From Acidimicrobiia bacterium (GTDB lineage Bacteria; Actinomycetota; Acidimicrobiia; Spongiisociales; ZC4RG35), in the NCBI GenBank assembly GCA_040878345.1, contig JBBDML010000014.1, positions 24,544 through 88,543 of the forward strand: DNA of 64,000 nt. Reading direction: 5' to 3'. Under the pieces are notes generated by a model that saw only the letters and a program-made list of their open reading frames with translations, was not told the origin of the DNA and searched no databases. The position numbers and the translations under genes are program-made. Position 1 is the stretch's first letter, and each line of letters opens with the position of its first letter. Positions 28,492-37,473 of this stretch are shown here, one piece after another.

Positions 28492-28501
28492 CGCGAAGAC
28501 G

Positions 28502-29443
28502 CTACCCAGCCCCGCCTGAGGCATCGGTGATCAGGCGTGCGTTGGTGAGGAGCATCCCGATCAGGGTGTCGGCTCCAGAGCCGGGGGGGCCCAGTGACTC
28601 GGTATGAAGGGTGACCACCTCGACGGTGGACCCCACCTCGGCGGCGATGACCCGAGCGAGGTCCCCCGATCCGGTGGTCTCGGTGAAGATGGCTCTGACA
28701 CCGGTCTCTTGGAGCAAGGTGACCAGGGCGGCCAGCTCCGCAGAGCTGGGGGCTCCCATCGACGTGCCTCCCGGGATCACGGTGCCGACGATCTCCCACC
28801 CGTAACGGGCGGCGAAATAGCCGAAAGTGGCGTGATTGGTGACCAGCTTCCGGTTGGGGGCAGGCACTCCTTCCAGCATCTCGGCTATCTCGGCGTCAGT
28901 CCCCGCCAGCAGATCGGCATAGGCCACGGCCCGGTTCTTCCAGTTCACCCCAGGGTCGACCGAAGCCAGCTCGGCAGCGATCAGCCTGACCGCCCTTGCC
29001 ATCCGGACCGGATCCATCCATACGTGGGGGTCCAGCTGTAGAGCGCCGTCCTCATGCTGGTCGCCCGCTTCCTCTCCGGCACCCGAGAAAGGGATCGGGT
29101 CGATGAGGGGGGCTATCTCCAGCAGACGAACACCATCTGAGACGGCAGTCGCCAGGACGTCGGCGAGACCGGCTTCGAGTCCCAATCCGTTGGCCACCAC
29201 GAGATCGGCTCGATTGATCAGGGCCACCTGGGCCGAAGAGGCCTCGAACTCATGGGGGTCGACGCCCATCGGCACCAGGACTTCCACCGTGGCCTCCTCG
29301 CCGACGACGTTGGCCACCAGATCACCGAGAATCCCATTGGTCACCACTATCTCCACTCCTACAGGCGATGGCCCCGAACCGGAACAAGAGGCGACCACCG
29401 ACACCCAGACGAGGAGAGCAGCCTTGAGAGATCTGACTTGCAT
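28502..29443 (-). CDS. znuA: Metal (Zn/Mn) ABC transporter substrate-binding lipoprotein (TroA/ZnuA family)
   Basis: Lipobox VVASC. HEFE and DPHVWMDP metal-site motifs. Confidence 0.82.
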   Translation of the reverse strand: MQVRSLKAALLVWVSVVASCSGSGPSPVGVEIVVTNGILGDLVANVVGEEATVEVLVPMGVDPHEFEASSAQVALINRADLVVANGLGLEAGLADVLATAVSDGVRLLEIAPLIDPIPFSGAGEEAGDQHEDGALQLDPHVWMDPVRMARAVRLIAAELASVDPGVNWKNRAVAYADLLAGTDAEIAEMLEGVPAPNRKLVTNHATFGYFAARYGWEIVGTVIPGGTSMGAPSSAELAALVTLLQETGVRAIFTETTGSGDLARVIAAEVGSTVEVVTLHTESLGPPGSGADTLIGMLLTNARLITDASGGAG

Positions 29444-29461
29444 GTCCCATTCTCCTTATTA

Positions 29462-29482
29462 GAATGAGAATCGTTATCATTC
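29462..29482. promoter_or_regulatory. Zur/Fur-type operator in the divergent znuA/zur promoter region
   Basis: Near-palindrome GAATGAGAATCGTTATCATTC in the only AT-rich stretch of the intergenic region. The core TGAGAATCGTTATCA resembles actinobacterial Zur boxes. Confidence 0.65.
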
Positions 29483-29504
29483 ACAATACCCCACCGAGGA
29501 CGCC

Positions 29505-29945
29505 ATGACAAAGAGCAATCTCATGAGAGAGATCCAAGATCGGCTCGCCGAGCGCCAGGTGCGATTCACCAGAGGCCGCAGAACCGTGGTGTCTGCTTTG
29601 TCACTGACCGAAGGCCCACTCTCGGCCGCGGAGCTCCATCGTCTCATCGGGACTGCGATCCCGTTGTCGTCGCTCTACCGCTCATTGGCTGTCCTGGAGC
29701 AAGCCGGGGTCCTCGAGCCCCACCTGGGCAAGAGAGGTGTCGCCCGCTACGAGCTGGCCGAGTGGCTGAGAGGCCATCACCACCATCTGGTATGCATCGA
29801 GTGTGGGGCGGTGGACGATGTGGAGTTGCCCGAGACCTATGAGACCCGAGTCGCCGAATTGGTCAGGGGGATCGGTGACATCGCGAGGTTCACCCCCATG
29901 AACCATGCCCTCGAGATCGAGGGCAGGTGCGCCAGATGCGCCTGA
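29505..29945 (+). CDS. zur: Fur-family metalloregulator, probably Zur
   Basis: 146 aa. GHHHHLVCIECG ... EGRCARC. It sits between the zinc transporter genes. Confidence 0.8.
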   Translation: MTKSNLMREIQDRLAERQVRFTRGRRTVVSALSLTEGPLSAAELHRLIGTAIPLSSLYRSLAVLEQAGVLEPHLGKRGVARYELAEWLRGHHHHLVCIECGAVDDVELPETYETRVAELVRGIGDIARFTPMNHALEIEGRCARCA

Positions 29946-30766
29946 AGCGAGCTGCCGTCACCGCCGAGGACCTGGTCCTCGGGTATGGGGGCCGGGTGGT
30001 GATCGACCGGTCCAGTTTCGAGATCCCATCAGGGAAGATCACCGCGGTGATCGGCCCCAACGGGTCGGGCAAGTCGACATTGCTCAACTGCGTCGCCGGA
30101 TTGATCGAGCCGATGGGCGGGTCGATCCACTCGATCGAGGACAGGAGACGGGTGGCGTACGTGATGCAGGCCACCAAGGTCAGCGACGCCCTCCCGCTCT
30201 CGGTGGCCGAGGTCGTGACCATGGGTCGCTATGCCGAGACCGGGCCCTATCGCCGACTCGACCCCGCCGACCATGCGGCGGTAGCCGGCGCGATGGAACG
30301 GCTCGGGATCACCGGCATCGCCGAGAGCCGCCTCAACGAAGTCTCCGGCGGTCAGCGGCAGCGGGCCTTCCTCGCCCAGGGGCTGGCACAAGATCACGAC
30401 ATCCTGCTCCTCGATGAGCCTCTGACCGGGATCGACCTGACCACGGCTATGGCCATCGACGAGATCATCCACCAGGAGGTCGAGGAGGGTTGCGCGGTGG
30501 TGATGACCACCCACGACCTCTCGGAGGCAGGGGTAGCCGATCACGTGGTACTCCTCTCGGGTCGGGTGATCGAATCCGGCCCGCCGGATCGGGTCCTCAC
30601 CGCCGGGAACCTGGCCGAGGCCTACGGTTCTTCACTGCTTCACGTCGAGGACGGACGGGTGTTGCTCGACGATGCCGCCCACAGCCCGGTCGTAGGTCAT
30701 CACGTGCATCGTGAGCGTGTGATCCATACCGAAGCCGAGCCCTCAGATCTCCACGACGCGACCTGA
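29927..30766 (+). CDS. znuC: Metal (Zn/Mn) ABC transporter ATP-binding protein with a His-rich C-terminal tail
   Basis: GPNGSGKST, VSGGQRQR, LLLDEP. The GTG at 29927 is preceded by GAGGG; ATG 29936 is an alternative start. The tail reads HSPVVGHHVHRERVIHTE. Confidence 0.85.
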   Translation: MRQMRLKRAAVTAEDLVLGYGGRVVIDRSSFEIPSGKITAVIGPNGSGKSTLLNCVAGLIEPMGGSIHSIEDRRRVAYVMQATKVSDALPLSVAEVVTMGRYAETGPYRRLDPADHAAVAGAMERLGITGIAESRLNEVSGGQRQRAFLAQGLAQDHDILLLDEPLTGIDLTTAMAIDEIIHQEVEEGCAVVMTTHDLSEAGVADHVVLLSGRVIESGPPDRVLTAGNLAEAYGSSLLHVEDGRVLLDDAAHSPVVGHHVHRERVIHTEAEPSDLHDAT

Positions 30767-30814
30767 AACAGGTCTCTTTCAGAGCAACAGCTCCTGAGCT
30801 GGCCTCCGGTCGGC

Positions 30815-31939
30815 TCAGACTTCCTGCGAGAGGTGGTCACTCAACTCGGACAACGACCGGGCCAGCAGTCGGGAGATCTGCATCTGGGAAACCCCGATCA
30901 CATCTGCGATCTCGCTCTGGGTCATGTCCTCGTAGAACCGCAGATAGACGATCAGTCGCTCGCGCTCGGGCAAGGACTGCAATGCCTGGTCGAGGCTGGT
31001 CCGAGTGGCGGCATCGACCAGCGACCCGTCAAGCTCCCCCAGCATCTCGATGAGCGCCGGGCCGGAGGGGCTGGCGGAATCGATTGGCGGGGAATCGAGG
31101 GAGAGGGCCCGATACCCATGAACCACACTCATCGCCTCCGCCACCTCTTCCCGACTCATCCCGAGGTCCGCTGCGATCTCAGAGATGGTGGGCACCCTCC
31201 CCAACCTCTGAGTGACCTCCTGCGTCGATCGAGTCACGGCCATCGACCGCTCCTGAAGCCCGCGGGGCACATGAATCGACCATCCACGATCACGAAGCTG
31301 ACGCTTCAACTCACCAGAGACGGTCACCGAGGCAAAGGACCGGAGTGCCCCACGACTGGCGTCGTAACGGTGAATCGCCTTCATGAGGGCCATGAGAGCC
31401 ACCTGCTCGAGGTCATCATCCTGGATCCCCTTCCCCCGATACCGACGGGCGATCGACGAGGCCAGAGGCTGGTAACGCCTGATCAGCTCCTCGACGAAGA
31501 CCGGGTCCTCGTCGATTCTCCCTACCAACTCATCGTCGTCGAGGTCGGTAGGCGACAGCGAGACCGCGCCAGGGGTGCGAGTCTCGAACCAAACGGTAAG
31601 GATCCCATCCTCGTGGGAGGTTCCCCATGCACGGGCCATGCTCTCCACGATCCGGAACCCAAATCCCTTTGTGACCTGACCCAAGGGGCCGTTGGCAGGG
31701 TGGCTGACAGAGATCCGCACCGACACGTCTTTGGCCTCCACGGTGACGTCGACGGTCTCGGCCTCGGCGTGCTGGATCGCATTGGCCACCAGCTCGGTGG
31801 CGATGAGTGCGACCTCCGCCGCACGCATCGAGTCGAGTCGCACGCTTTGGGCGAGGAAGGCCCTGATCTCGGAAGCCGATCCCGGGCGAAGATCGAAGGA
31901 GCTGGTCTCGATCAGCCCCGTTGGAGCTCGATCGCCCAT
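30815..31939 (-). CDS. Fusion protein: N-terminal RsbW-like anti-sigma (HATPase_c_2-like) domain plus C-terminal SigB/SigF-type (group 3) sigma factor
   Basis: One uninterrupted frame. N-terminal part: AEVALIATELVANAIQHA...VRISVSHPANG...GFGFRIVESMARAWG. C-terminal part: DDLEQVALMALMKAIHRYD, RDRGWSIHVPRGLQE, LPERERLIVYLRFYEDMTQSEIADVIGVSQMQISRLL. Start taken as ATG 31939. Confidence 0.75.
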   Translation of the reverse strand: MGDRAPTGLIETSSFDLRPGSASEIRAFLAQSVRLDSMRAAEVALIATELVANAIQHAEAETVDVTVEAKDVSVRISVSHPANGPLGQVTKGFGFRIVESMARAWGTSHEDGILTVWFETRTPGAVSLSPTDLDDDELVGRIDEDPVFVEELIRRYQPLASSIARRYRGKGIQDDDLEQVALMALMKAIHRYDASRGALRSFASVTVSGELKRQLRDRGWSIHVPRGLQERSMAVTRSTQEVTQRLGRVPTISEIAADLGMSREEVAEAMSVVHGYRALSLDSPPIDSASPSGPALIEMLGELDGSLVDAATRTSLDQALQSLPERERLIVYLRFYEDMTQSEIADVIGVSQMQISRLLARSLSELSDHLSQEV

Positions 31940-32235
31940 CTCTCTCCATCCAGTCGAAGACTGTCGCCTAGGAGGAGCTTGCCCGCATCTGGGACGTTCA
32001 GGGCGCAATTCCCCGAGATGGTGGCGCCCCCGTCCTTGAGGACCGCCTCGATCTCGATCGGGGTGCCCGCCTCGACCAAACCTGAGGCGATGTCCGACAC
32101 CGCCACCCGGGCGTCATCGATGCTGTGCCCTTCGACACCCACCGCCCCGAGGATTCGACCCACGAACACCCGGCACATGGCCACCGAGCCGGGCACAGGC
32201 TCGAGACGGATCGTTATCGGGTCCGACGACCTCAA
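31912..32235 (-). CDS. Small protein with a degenerate RsbW-like N-terminal fold pattern (function unknown)
   Basis: 107 aa, with good GC3 bias. The pattern ITIRLEPVPGSVAMCRVFV...DDARVAVSDIASGLV mimics the first half of anti-sigma kinases but has no ATP-lid motifs. It overlaps the STAS stop by 4 nt. Confidence 0.55.
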   Translation of the reverse strand: MRSSDPITIRLEPVPGSVAMCRVFVGRILGAVGVEGHSIDDARVAVSDIASGLVEAGTPIEIEAVLKDGGATISGNCALNVPDAGKLLLGDSLRLDGERWAIELQRG

Positions 32236-32570
32236 TGGGCAGCCGCTTCTTCCACCGATCCATGCACGTCAAGATGCGGGAGGAGGCCTGTGACATCCAG
32301 GAGCCGGGCTATAGGCCCGCCTGAAACCGCCAGCTTGAACGCCTGGCCGTTCGATGCCATCCCCTCCTTAGTGGCCAGCAGCAGGCGCAGACCACTGGAG
32401 TCCATGAACTCGGTGGAGGTGAGATCGAGGATCAGTCCGAATTCCTTTGGCGCGAGAGCATCGATCGCGGCGCCGAGTTGGTCGATGGTGGCGAGATCGA
32501 CCTCCCCGAGGACGCTCATCACATGGAAACCAGCCTCATGGTCGGTCTCGACCTCGAGGGTGAGAGCCAT
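32232..32570 (-). CDS. STAS-domain anti-sigma-factor antagonist (RsbV/SpoIIAA type)
   Basis: 112 aa. LILDLTSTEFMDSSGLRLL includes the conserved phosphorylatable Ser context. PIARLLDVTGL. Confidence 0.88.
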   Translation of the reverse strand: MALTLEVETDHEAGFHVMSVLGEVDLATIDQLGAAIDALAPKEFGLILDLTSTEFMDSSGLRLLLATKEGMASNGQAFKLAVSGGPIARLLDVTGLLPHLDVHGSVEEAAAH

Positions 32571-32594
32571 CCGATGATCCTATCATCGGGGCTG

Positions 32595-32942
32595 ATGCAC
32601 CGTTTCGAGCTGACGATCCCACCCAGCCCAGCCTGGATCGATCTGGCACGTGACCTGGTCGCAACCGGGGCCACCCCGCTAGACCTGGGGCTCGATCGCT
32701 TCCAGGATCTCCTGGTGATCACGACCCACACCGTGTCCGAGGCGGTCGAGACCCCCGGGGCGAGCTCCGTCATGATGCGCATGGGGATCGGCGACCAGCG
32801 TCTCGAGTTGAGCATCGAGACCAAAGGCGGCGTCTCGGGCCCCTTCGAGGTCTCCGACCTGGTCCTCTCGGTTCTCGCCGACGAGCATCGGCGTGAGGTC
32901 ACAGACGACGGCCTCAAGGTCGACCTCGCCATCCATCGCTGA
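32595..32942 (+). CDS. Hypothetical protein with an RsbW-like N-terminal pattern, divergent from the STAS gene
   Basis: MHRFELTIPPSPAWIDLARDLV...DLLVITTHTVSEAV. No recognisable ATP-binding boxes. Start uncertain (32574 or 32595). Confidence 0.45.
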   Translation: MHRFELTIPPSPAWIDLARDLVATGATPLDLGLDRFQDLLVITTHTVSEAVETPGASSVMMRMGIGDQRLELSIETKGGVSGPFEVSDLVLSVLADEHRREVTDDGLKVDLAIHR

Positions 32943-33014
32943 CCCCTACTCCTGTCCACTTTCTGTTTCGAGCTCCTGTTCGTCGGGTATCTGAGGAGCG
33001 AACAAGGAGGACAC

Positions 33015-33626
33015 ATGCAACGGGAACACAGACGTAACCGGGACTTGGTCCGGGGACGGGAGGCCACGAGGTCGAGCGTGGCGGAGAGTTTCGGAGGCCT
33101 CGACACGCCGGCCGCATTAGGAGGGCTGTTCGCCGCACTGGGGATGCTGGCTTTCGTGGGCGCGCTGATCGCGGCGACTTCGATCCCCATCCAGCTCAAT
33201 GCATTCGATGTCGAGGGAAACCGCGAGCAGCTGGGCTGGGCGGGCATCGCAATCGGGGCATTGGTGGTCTTCGCGTCCTTCTTCTTCGGAGGTTGGGTCG
33301 CCGGCCGCGTCGCCCGGTTCAACGGGGTGATGAATGGCGCGGGCGTCGGGCTGTGGATGGTGTTGCTGATGGCAGTGTCGGCAACGGCCGGCGTCTTCAT
33401 CGAGGAGCGTTACAACATCCTCCAGTCGGCGGCCCTGCCGGACTGGTTCAGTCAGATCAGCGGCGATGATGTGGCGAGGCTGGCAATAGCTGCCGGGATC
33501 CTCGGCCTCCTCGCGATATTCGCCGGCGCCATGCTTGGCGGCGCCGTGGGTGGGAATTACAACCGTAAGGTTGACGCCGCCCTGACCGACAGGTCGACGC
33601 TGCTCGACAACGGTATACGGAGTTAG
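33015..33626 (+). CDS. Hypothetical four-TM membrane protein
   Basis: 203 aa. The ATG follows AAGGAGG. Gly/Ala-rich hydrophobic helices and good coding bias. Confidence 0.65.
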   Translation: MQREHRRNRDLVRGREATRSSVAESFGGLDTPAALGGLFAALGMLAFVGALIAATSIPIQLNAFDVEGNREQLGWAGIAIGALVVFASFFFGGWVAGRVARFNGVMNGAGVGLWMVLLMAVSATAGVFIEERYNILQSAALPDWFSQISGDDVARLAIAAGILGLLAIFAGAMLGGAVGGNYNRKVDAALTDRSTLLDNGIRS

Positions 33627-33783
33627 GACACTCTCCTCCCCGGGAGAACAACAAAGAGAGGGCACCAAGCCTGGCTTCTACCCCACCTCAGGCCCTGGCA
33701 ACCCGGCCGCTCGAGAGTCCGGCCGGATCACGTCTCACCCGGGTTTGGCCCCTCCCGGCCTCGGGTATGGAGGACTCATCCCC

Positions 33784-34941
33784 ATGAGAGAGCCAATGTC
33801 CGTCAGGTCGATGTCGTCACGCCGTCCCACCCGGGTCGGGATGGTGTCCACCTACCCCCCGACTCGTTGCGGGATAGGCAATTTCACCGCCTCTCTCGTC
33901 GACTCTCTCACCGACGTGGCCCCTGGAGTCGAAGTCGACGTGGTCAGGCTCGTCGAGCACCGAGCTTCGGTGGCCTCGCTCGGTACCGACTCCATCGAGA
34001 TCGACCCCAACAGCCCGGTCAGTCTGCGGGCTGCGGCCAGATTCCTCAATCGCCGCGACCTGGCCATCCTCCAGCATGAGTACGGCATCTACGGGAGAGA
34101 CGACGGGATGGCCGTGCTCGACCTGCTTCGCCTCATCGATGTCCCCAAGTTGGCGGTTCTCCACACGGTGTTGCGATCGCCTGGTCGACGTCAGAGACAG
34201 ATCGTCGAAGGCATCAACCGGCAGGCCCGGTTGGTAGTCATCTCCGAGACGGCGCGCCAGATCCTCGAGGGAACGTATGGCATCCCGGCGGGGGAGGTCA
34301 CCATGATTCCCCATGGGGGCCATTGGAAACCTCAAGCCCTTAACGACTCACCGCGCAGCCGACTCATCACGTGGGGCCTACTTGGCCCAGGGAAGGGTCT
34401 CGAGAGATCCATCGAGAGCATCGGCCATCTGCGTGATCTCGGGTTCGACGCTCAGTACCGGATCCTGGGCAGGACCCACCCCGAGGTGGTGAGGAGGGAA
34501 GGCCATGCCTACCGGAGACGTCTCGAATCGCTGGTGGCCAGGTTGGGCCTGGGTCAACAGATCGAGTTCATCGATCGTTATCTCGACGATTGGGAGCTCG
34601 GTCGGATGGTGGCGAGCTCCGACGTGGTCGTGGTCCCCTACGACAACACCGAGCAGGTGTCGTCAGGGGTCATAACCGAAGCCTTGGGGATCGGGAGGCC
34701 CGTGGTGGCGACGAGGTTCCCCTATGCGATCGAGATGCTGTCCGACGGAGCCGGGATCGTGGTCCGCCACGACAGCCTGGCCATGGCTCAGGCCATCGCC
34801 GCTCTCCTCGGCGACGACGAGCGATACCTAAGGGCGGCCCGGGCGGCAGCGAGGATGTCCGGGAGCCTCTCTTGGGGAGCGGTCGCAGAGCGCTACGCCG
34901 GTCTCATGCAAGGGATTGCCCCGCAGCTGGCGACCGCCTGA
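33784..34941 (+). CDS. Glycosyltransferase family 4 (GT-B)
   Basis: VGMVSTYPPTRCGIGNF N-terminus. The C-terminal half has the E-x7-E-like region (SSGVITEALGIGRPVVAT). The ATG at 33784 follows GGAGGA. Confidence 0.82.
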   Translation: MREPMSVRSMSSRRPTRVGMVSTYPPTRCGIGNFTASLVDSLTDVAPGVEVDVVRLVEHRASVASLGTDSIEIDPNSPVSLRAAARFLNRRDLAILQHEYGIYGRDDGMAVLDLLRLIDVPKLAVLHTVLRSPGRRQRQIVEGINRQARLVVISETARQILEGTYGIPAGEVTMIPHGGHWKPQALNDSPRSRLITWGLLGPGKGLERSIESIGHLRDLGFDAQYRILGRTHPEVVRREGHAYRRRLESLVARLGLGQQIEFIDRYLDDWELGRMVASSDVVVVPYDNTEQVSSGVITEALGIGRPVVATRFPYAIEMLSDGAGIVVRHDSLAMAQAIAALLGDDERYLRAARAAARMSGSLSWGAVAERYAGLMQGIAPQLATA

Positions 34942-35000
34942 CCGACGATTCGTGCGGAGATGACTCGCCATCGGGCCGTTTTCGGTGAGAATGGCCGACG

Positions 35001-36455
35001 GTGTCGAAGACCACAGAGCACTCACTGAGCATCGAGCCCGACTCAAACCGGGTGATCGCTCGGCCCTTCTTTCCGGGCTCAGCGGGCTCCGACACCGAGC
35101 CAAGCCGCCTCGCCTCGATCGTCGATCGAATCCTTGCTTGGCCTGAGGGCGACCGGGCTCGGTTGTTGACCGAGGTGCGGGAACGATCACGGACGAGGTA
35201 CGCCCAGGTCGAGGCCACCTGGCTCCGGCATTTCGAGTTGGCTAGGGGCCCTCTCCCTTGGCTGGATCAAGTTGCCGACGGTGATCTGAGGCTGCTGATC
35301 GGCGCCTTCCTCACCCAGGGCTACGCCTATGAGGCGGTGGCGCTGACCAACCCGTCGATGGTCCCGTTCGGAGAGTCCAACGGAGGTGCCCTGTCGTTCA
35401 TCATGAGCGCCCGGGCCATTGGTGAAGGGCATGTCTCATCGATCGCCTTCTTCACCGGATCGGTGGATGCAGCAGGTGCGGTCGACCTCGACCCGCGCTC
35501 CGAGCACGTCAGCAATGGGACTCGGGAGTTCGGCTGGGTCGAGAAGGAGTCGTTCGCAGTCCAGATCGAAGAGCTCGACCTGCCCGCCCAACTCATCGGG
35601 CGTGTGCTGGAATCGCTGGACGACCGGTTCTCCAAAGACGACCTAAACCGGGTTCTGAACGAGTTGTCGGAGAGCGATGTCGAGCCGGCCGACGGCATCG
35701 ACTCGATCAGAAGGGTGCGATGGCTCGCTGCCTCCAACTATGAGATCTCCTTTGACGCCTCCTCCCCCATCTCCGAGCATCTCCTGTCACCAGGAATCCC
35801 AATCGAGAGCAACGGCATGGAGGATGCCCGGTTCGTTCGATTCGTCGACGATGACGGCTCAGTCATCTACTACGCCACCTACACCGCCTTCGATGGGAGG
35901 CTGATCCTCCCTCAGCTGATCGAAACCACCGACTTCCACCACTTCCGGATCGGCACCCTCACCGGGCCCACGGTGCACCACAAAGGGATGGCCCTGTTCC
36001 CGCGGAAGGTCGAGGGGGAATACCTGTCCCTCTCTCGTCATGACCATGAGAAGACCTTCTTGATGAGAAGTGACGACATCCACACCTGGTCCAATGCCGA
36101 GGTGCTCTTTGGCCCCGAGCGAGCCTGGGAGCTGATCCAGACCGGCAACTGCGGGTCACCCATCGAGACCGAAGCCGGGTGGCTGGTCATCACTCACGGG
36201 GTCGGTGCCATGAGGAGATACGTCCTCGGGGCGGTGCTGCTCGATCTCGACGAGCCCGCCAAAGTGCTGGCCCGCCTGGACCAGCCTCTGCTCGAGCCGG
36301 AGCCGACCGAGACCGCCGGCTACGTCCCCGACGTCGTGTACTCATGCGGCAGCATGGTTCACAACGGATTCCTGGTCCTACCGTACGGGTACTCCGACCA
36401 CGGGATCCGGGTGATGGTCACCCAACTCGGGCAGGTGCTCGACCGGATGACGTAG
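35001..36455 (+). CDS. GH130-family glycoside phosphorylase/hydrolase-like protein with a ~280-aa N-terminal extension
   Basis: The C-terminal ~200 aa read GMEDARFVRF...YYATYTAFDG...NKGMALFPRK...GWLVITHGVG...YVLGAVLLDLDEP...VVYSCG...LPYGYSD. GTG start. Confidence 0.75.
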   Translation: MSKTTEHSLSIEPDSNRVIARPFFPGSAGSDTEPSRLASIVDRILAWPEGDRARLLTEVRERSRTRYAQVEATWLRHFELARGPLPWLDQVADGDLRLLIGAFLTQGYAYEAVALTNPSMVPFGESNGGALSFIMSARAIGEGHVSSIAFFTGSVDAAGAVDLDPRSEHVSNGTREFGWVEKESFAVQIEELDLPAQLIGRVLESLDDRFSKDDLNRVLNELSESDVEPADGIDSIRRVRWLAASNYEISFDASSPISEHLLSPGIPIESNGMEDARFVRFVDDDGSVIYYATYTAFDGRLILPQLIETTDFHHFRIGTLTGPTVHHKGMALFPRKVEGEYLSLSRHDHEKTFLMRSDDIHTWSNAEVLFGPERAWELIQTGNCGSPIETEAGWLVITHGVGAMRRYVLGAVLLDLDEPAKVLARLDQPLLEPEPTETAGYVPDVVYSCGSMVHNGFLVLPYGYSDHGIRVMVTQLGQVLDRMT

Positions 36456-37473
36456 AAACGATCCGGTCATAGATCATCCCGTACTCGGAGGCCATTCTGG
36501 TGTCACTGAACCGGGTGGCGGCCCGGGCGCGACAAGCCAGTCTCGACAGTGAGCCGACCTTCGGGACGGAGGCCACCGCGGCGGGGATGTCGTCGACCAA
36601 GAAACCTGTGACCCCTTCCTCGACAATCTCCTCCATCGCCCCGCGTCGCCAGGCGATCACCGGGGTCCCTGCAGCCAGACTCTCCACCACAACCAGGCCG
36701 AACGGCTCTTCCCAACGCAAAGGCATGAGCATGGCATGCGCCTCGCCCAAGAGAGCTGCGACGTCGTGCCGGTCGAGGGGCCCGAGATACTCGACATCTG
36801 GCCCCGCCAGGTCGAGCCCGTCGAAGAAGGCACGATGGCGGTCCTCAACCACTCCGGCCATCCGCAGCCGCATCCCGGCGAGGCGGGCGGTCTCGATGGC
36901 CAGATCCGGGCCCTTCTCCGGCGCGATGCGCCCCACAAATGCCAGATACCCGCCGTCACCTTCGCCCAGAGGGAAGTCGTTGACACGGATCCCATTGGCG
37001 ACGGTGGCGACATAACGGAGCTCGGGGAGAAACCTCCGCTCCGACTGGCTCAGTGAGACGAAAGCCTCGTCTCGGTACCGTCTGAGGAGGGGGTGATTGG
37101 CCTGATCCCATGCCACGCCATGCAAAGTGCTCAACAGCCGACCGGGGATGAGGCTGCTGTAGACGAGGGCATGGACGTGCAAGTGGGAGTGGATCAGATC
37201 GATGGAGAGGTCGCGAGCGGCTTCTATGGCAATCGCCAGATGGGTCTCCTCCATGAGACGCGGGTCGGCACCAGGCAGCGCGCTCAATGGGCCCTCGACT
37301 GTCTCCACCAAGTGGGCGCCGGTCTTGGATCCTGAGGGGGCGAAGAGCGTGACATCGACACCGAGCTCGACCAGGCGCTCCGTCAGGTCGTGTGTCACCC
37401 GTTCCCACGGCCCGTAACCATCCGGTTCATATGGATGTGAGATCGGCGGGATCATCCCCACCCGAGGGCTCAT
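36418..37473 (-). CDS. Glycosyltransferase family 4 (GT-B)
   Basis: The ATG at 37473 forms an ATGA overlap with the upstream stop (MSPRVGMIPPISHPYEPDGYGPWE...). C-terminal EPFGLVVVESLAAGTPV motif. The upstream part of the track ORF is non-coding-like. Confidence 0.82.
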   Translation of the reverse strand: MSPRVGMIPPISHPYEPDGYGPWERVTHDLTERLVELGVDVTLFAPSGSKTGAHLVETVEGPLSALPGADPRLMEETHLAIAIEAARDLSIDLIHSHLHVHALVYSSLIPGRLLSTLHGVAWDQANHPLLRRYRDEAFVSLSQSERRFLPELRYVATVANGIRVNDFPLGEGDGGYLAFVGRIAPEKGPDLAIETARLAGMRLRMAGVVEDRHRAFFDGLDLAGPDVEYLGPLDRHDVAALLGEAHAMLMPLRWEEPFGLVVVESLAAGTPVIAWRRGAMEEIVEEGVTGFLVDDIPAAVASVPKVGSLSRLACRARAATRFSDTRMASEYGMIYDRIVSTSSGRAPARVG

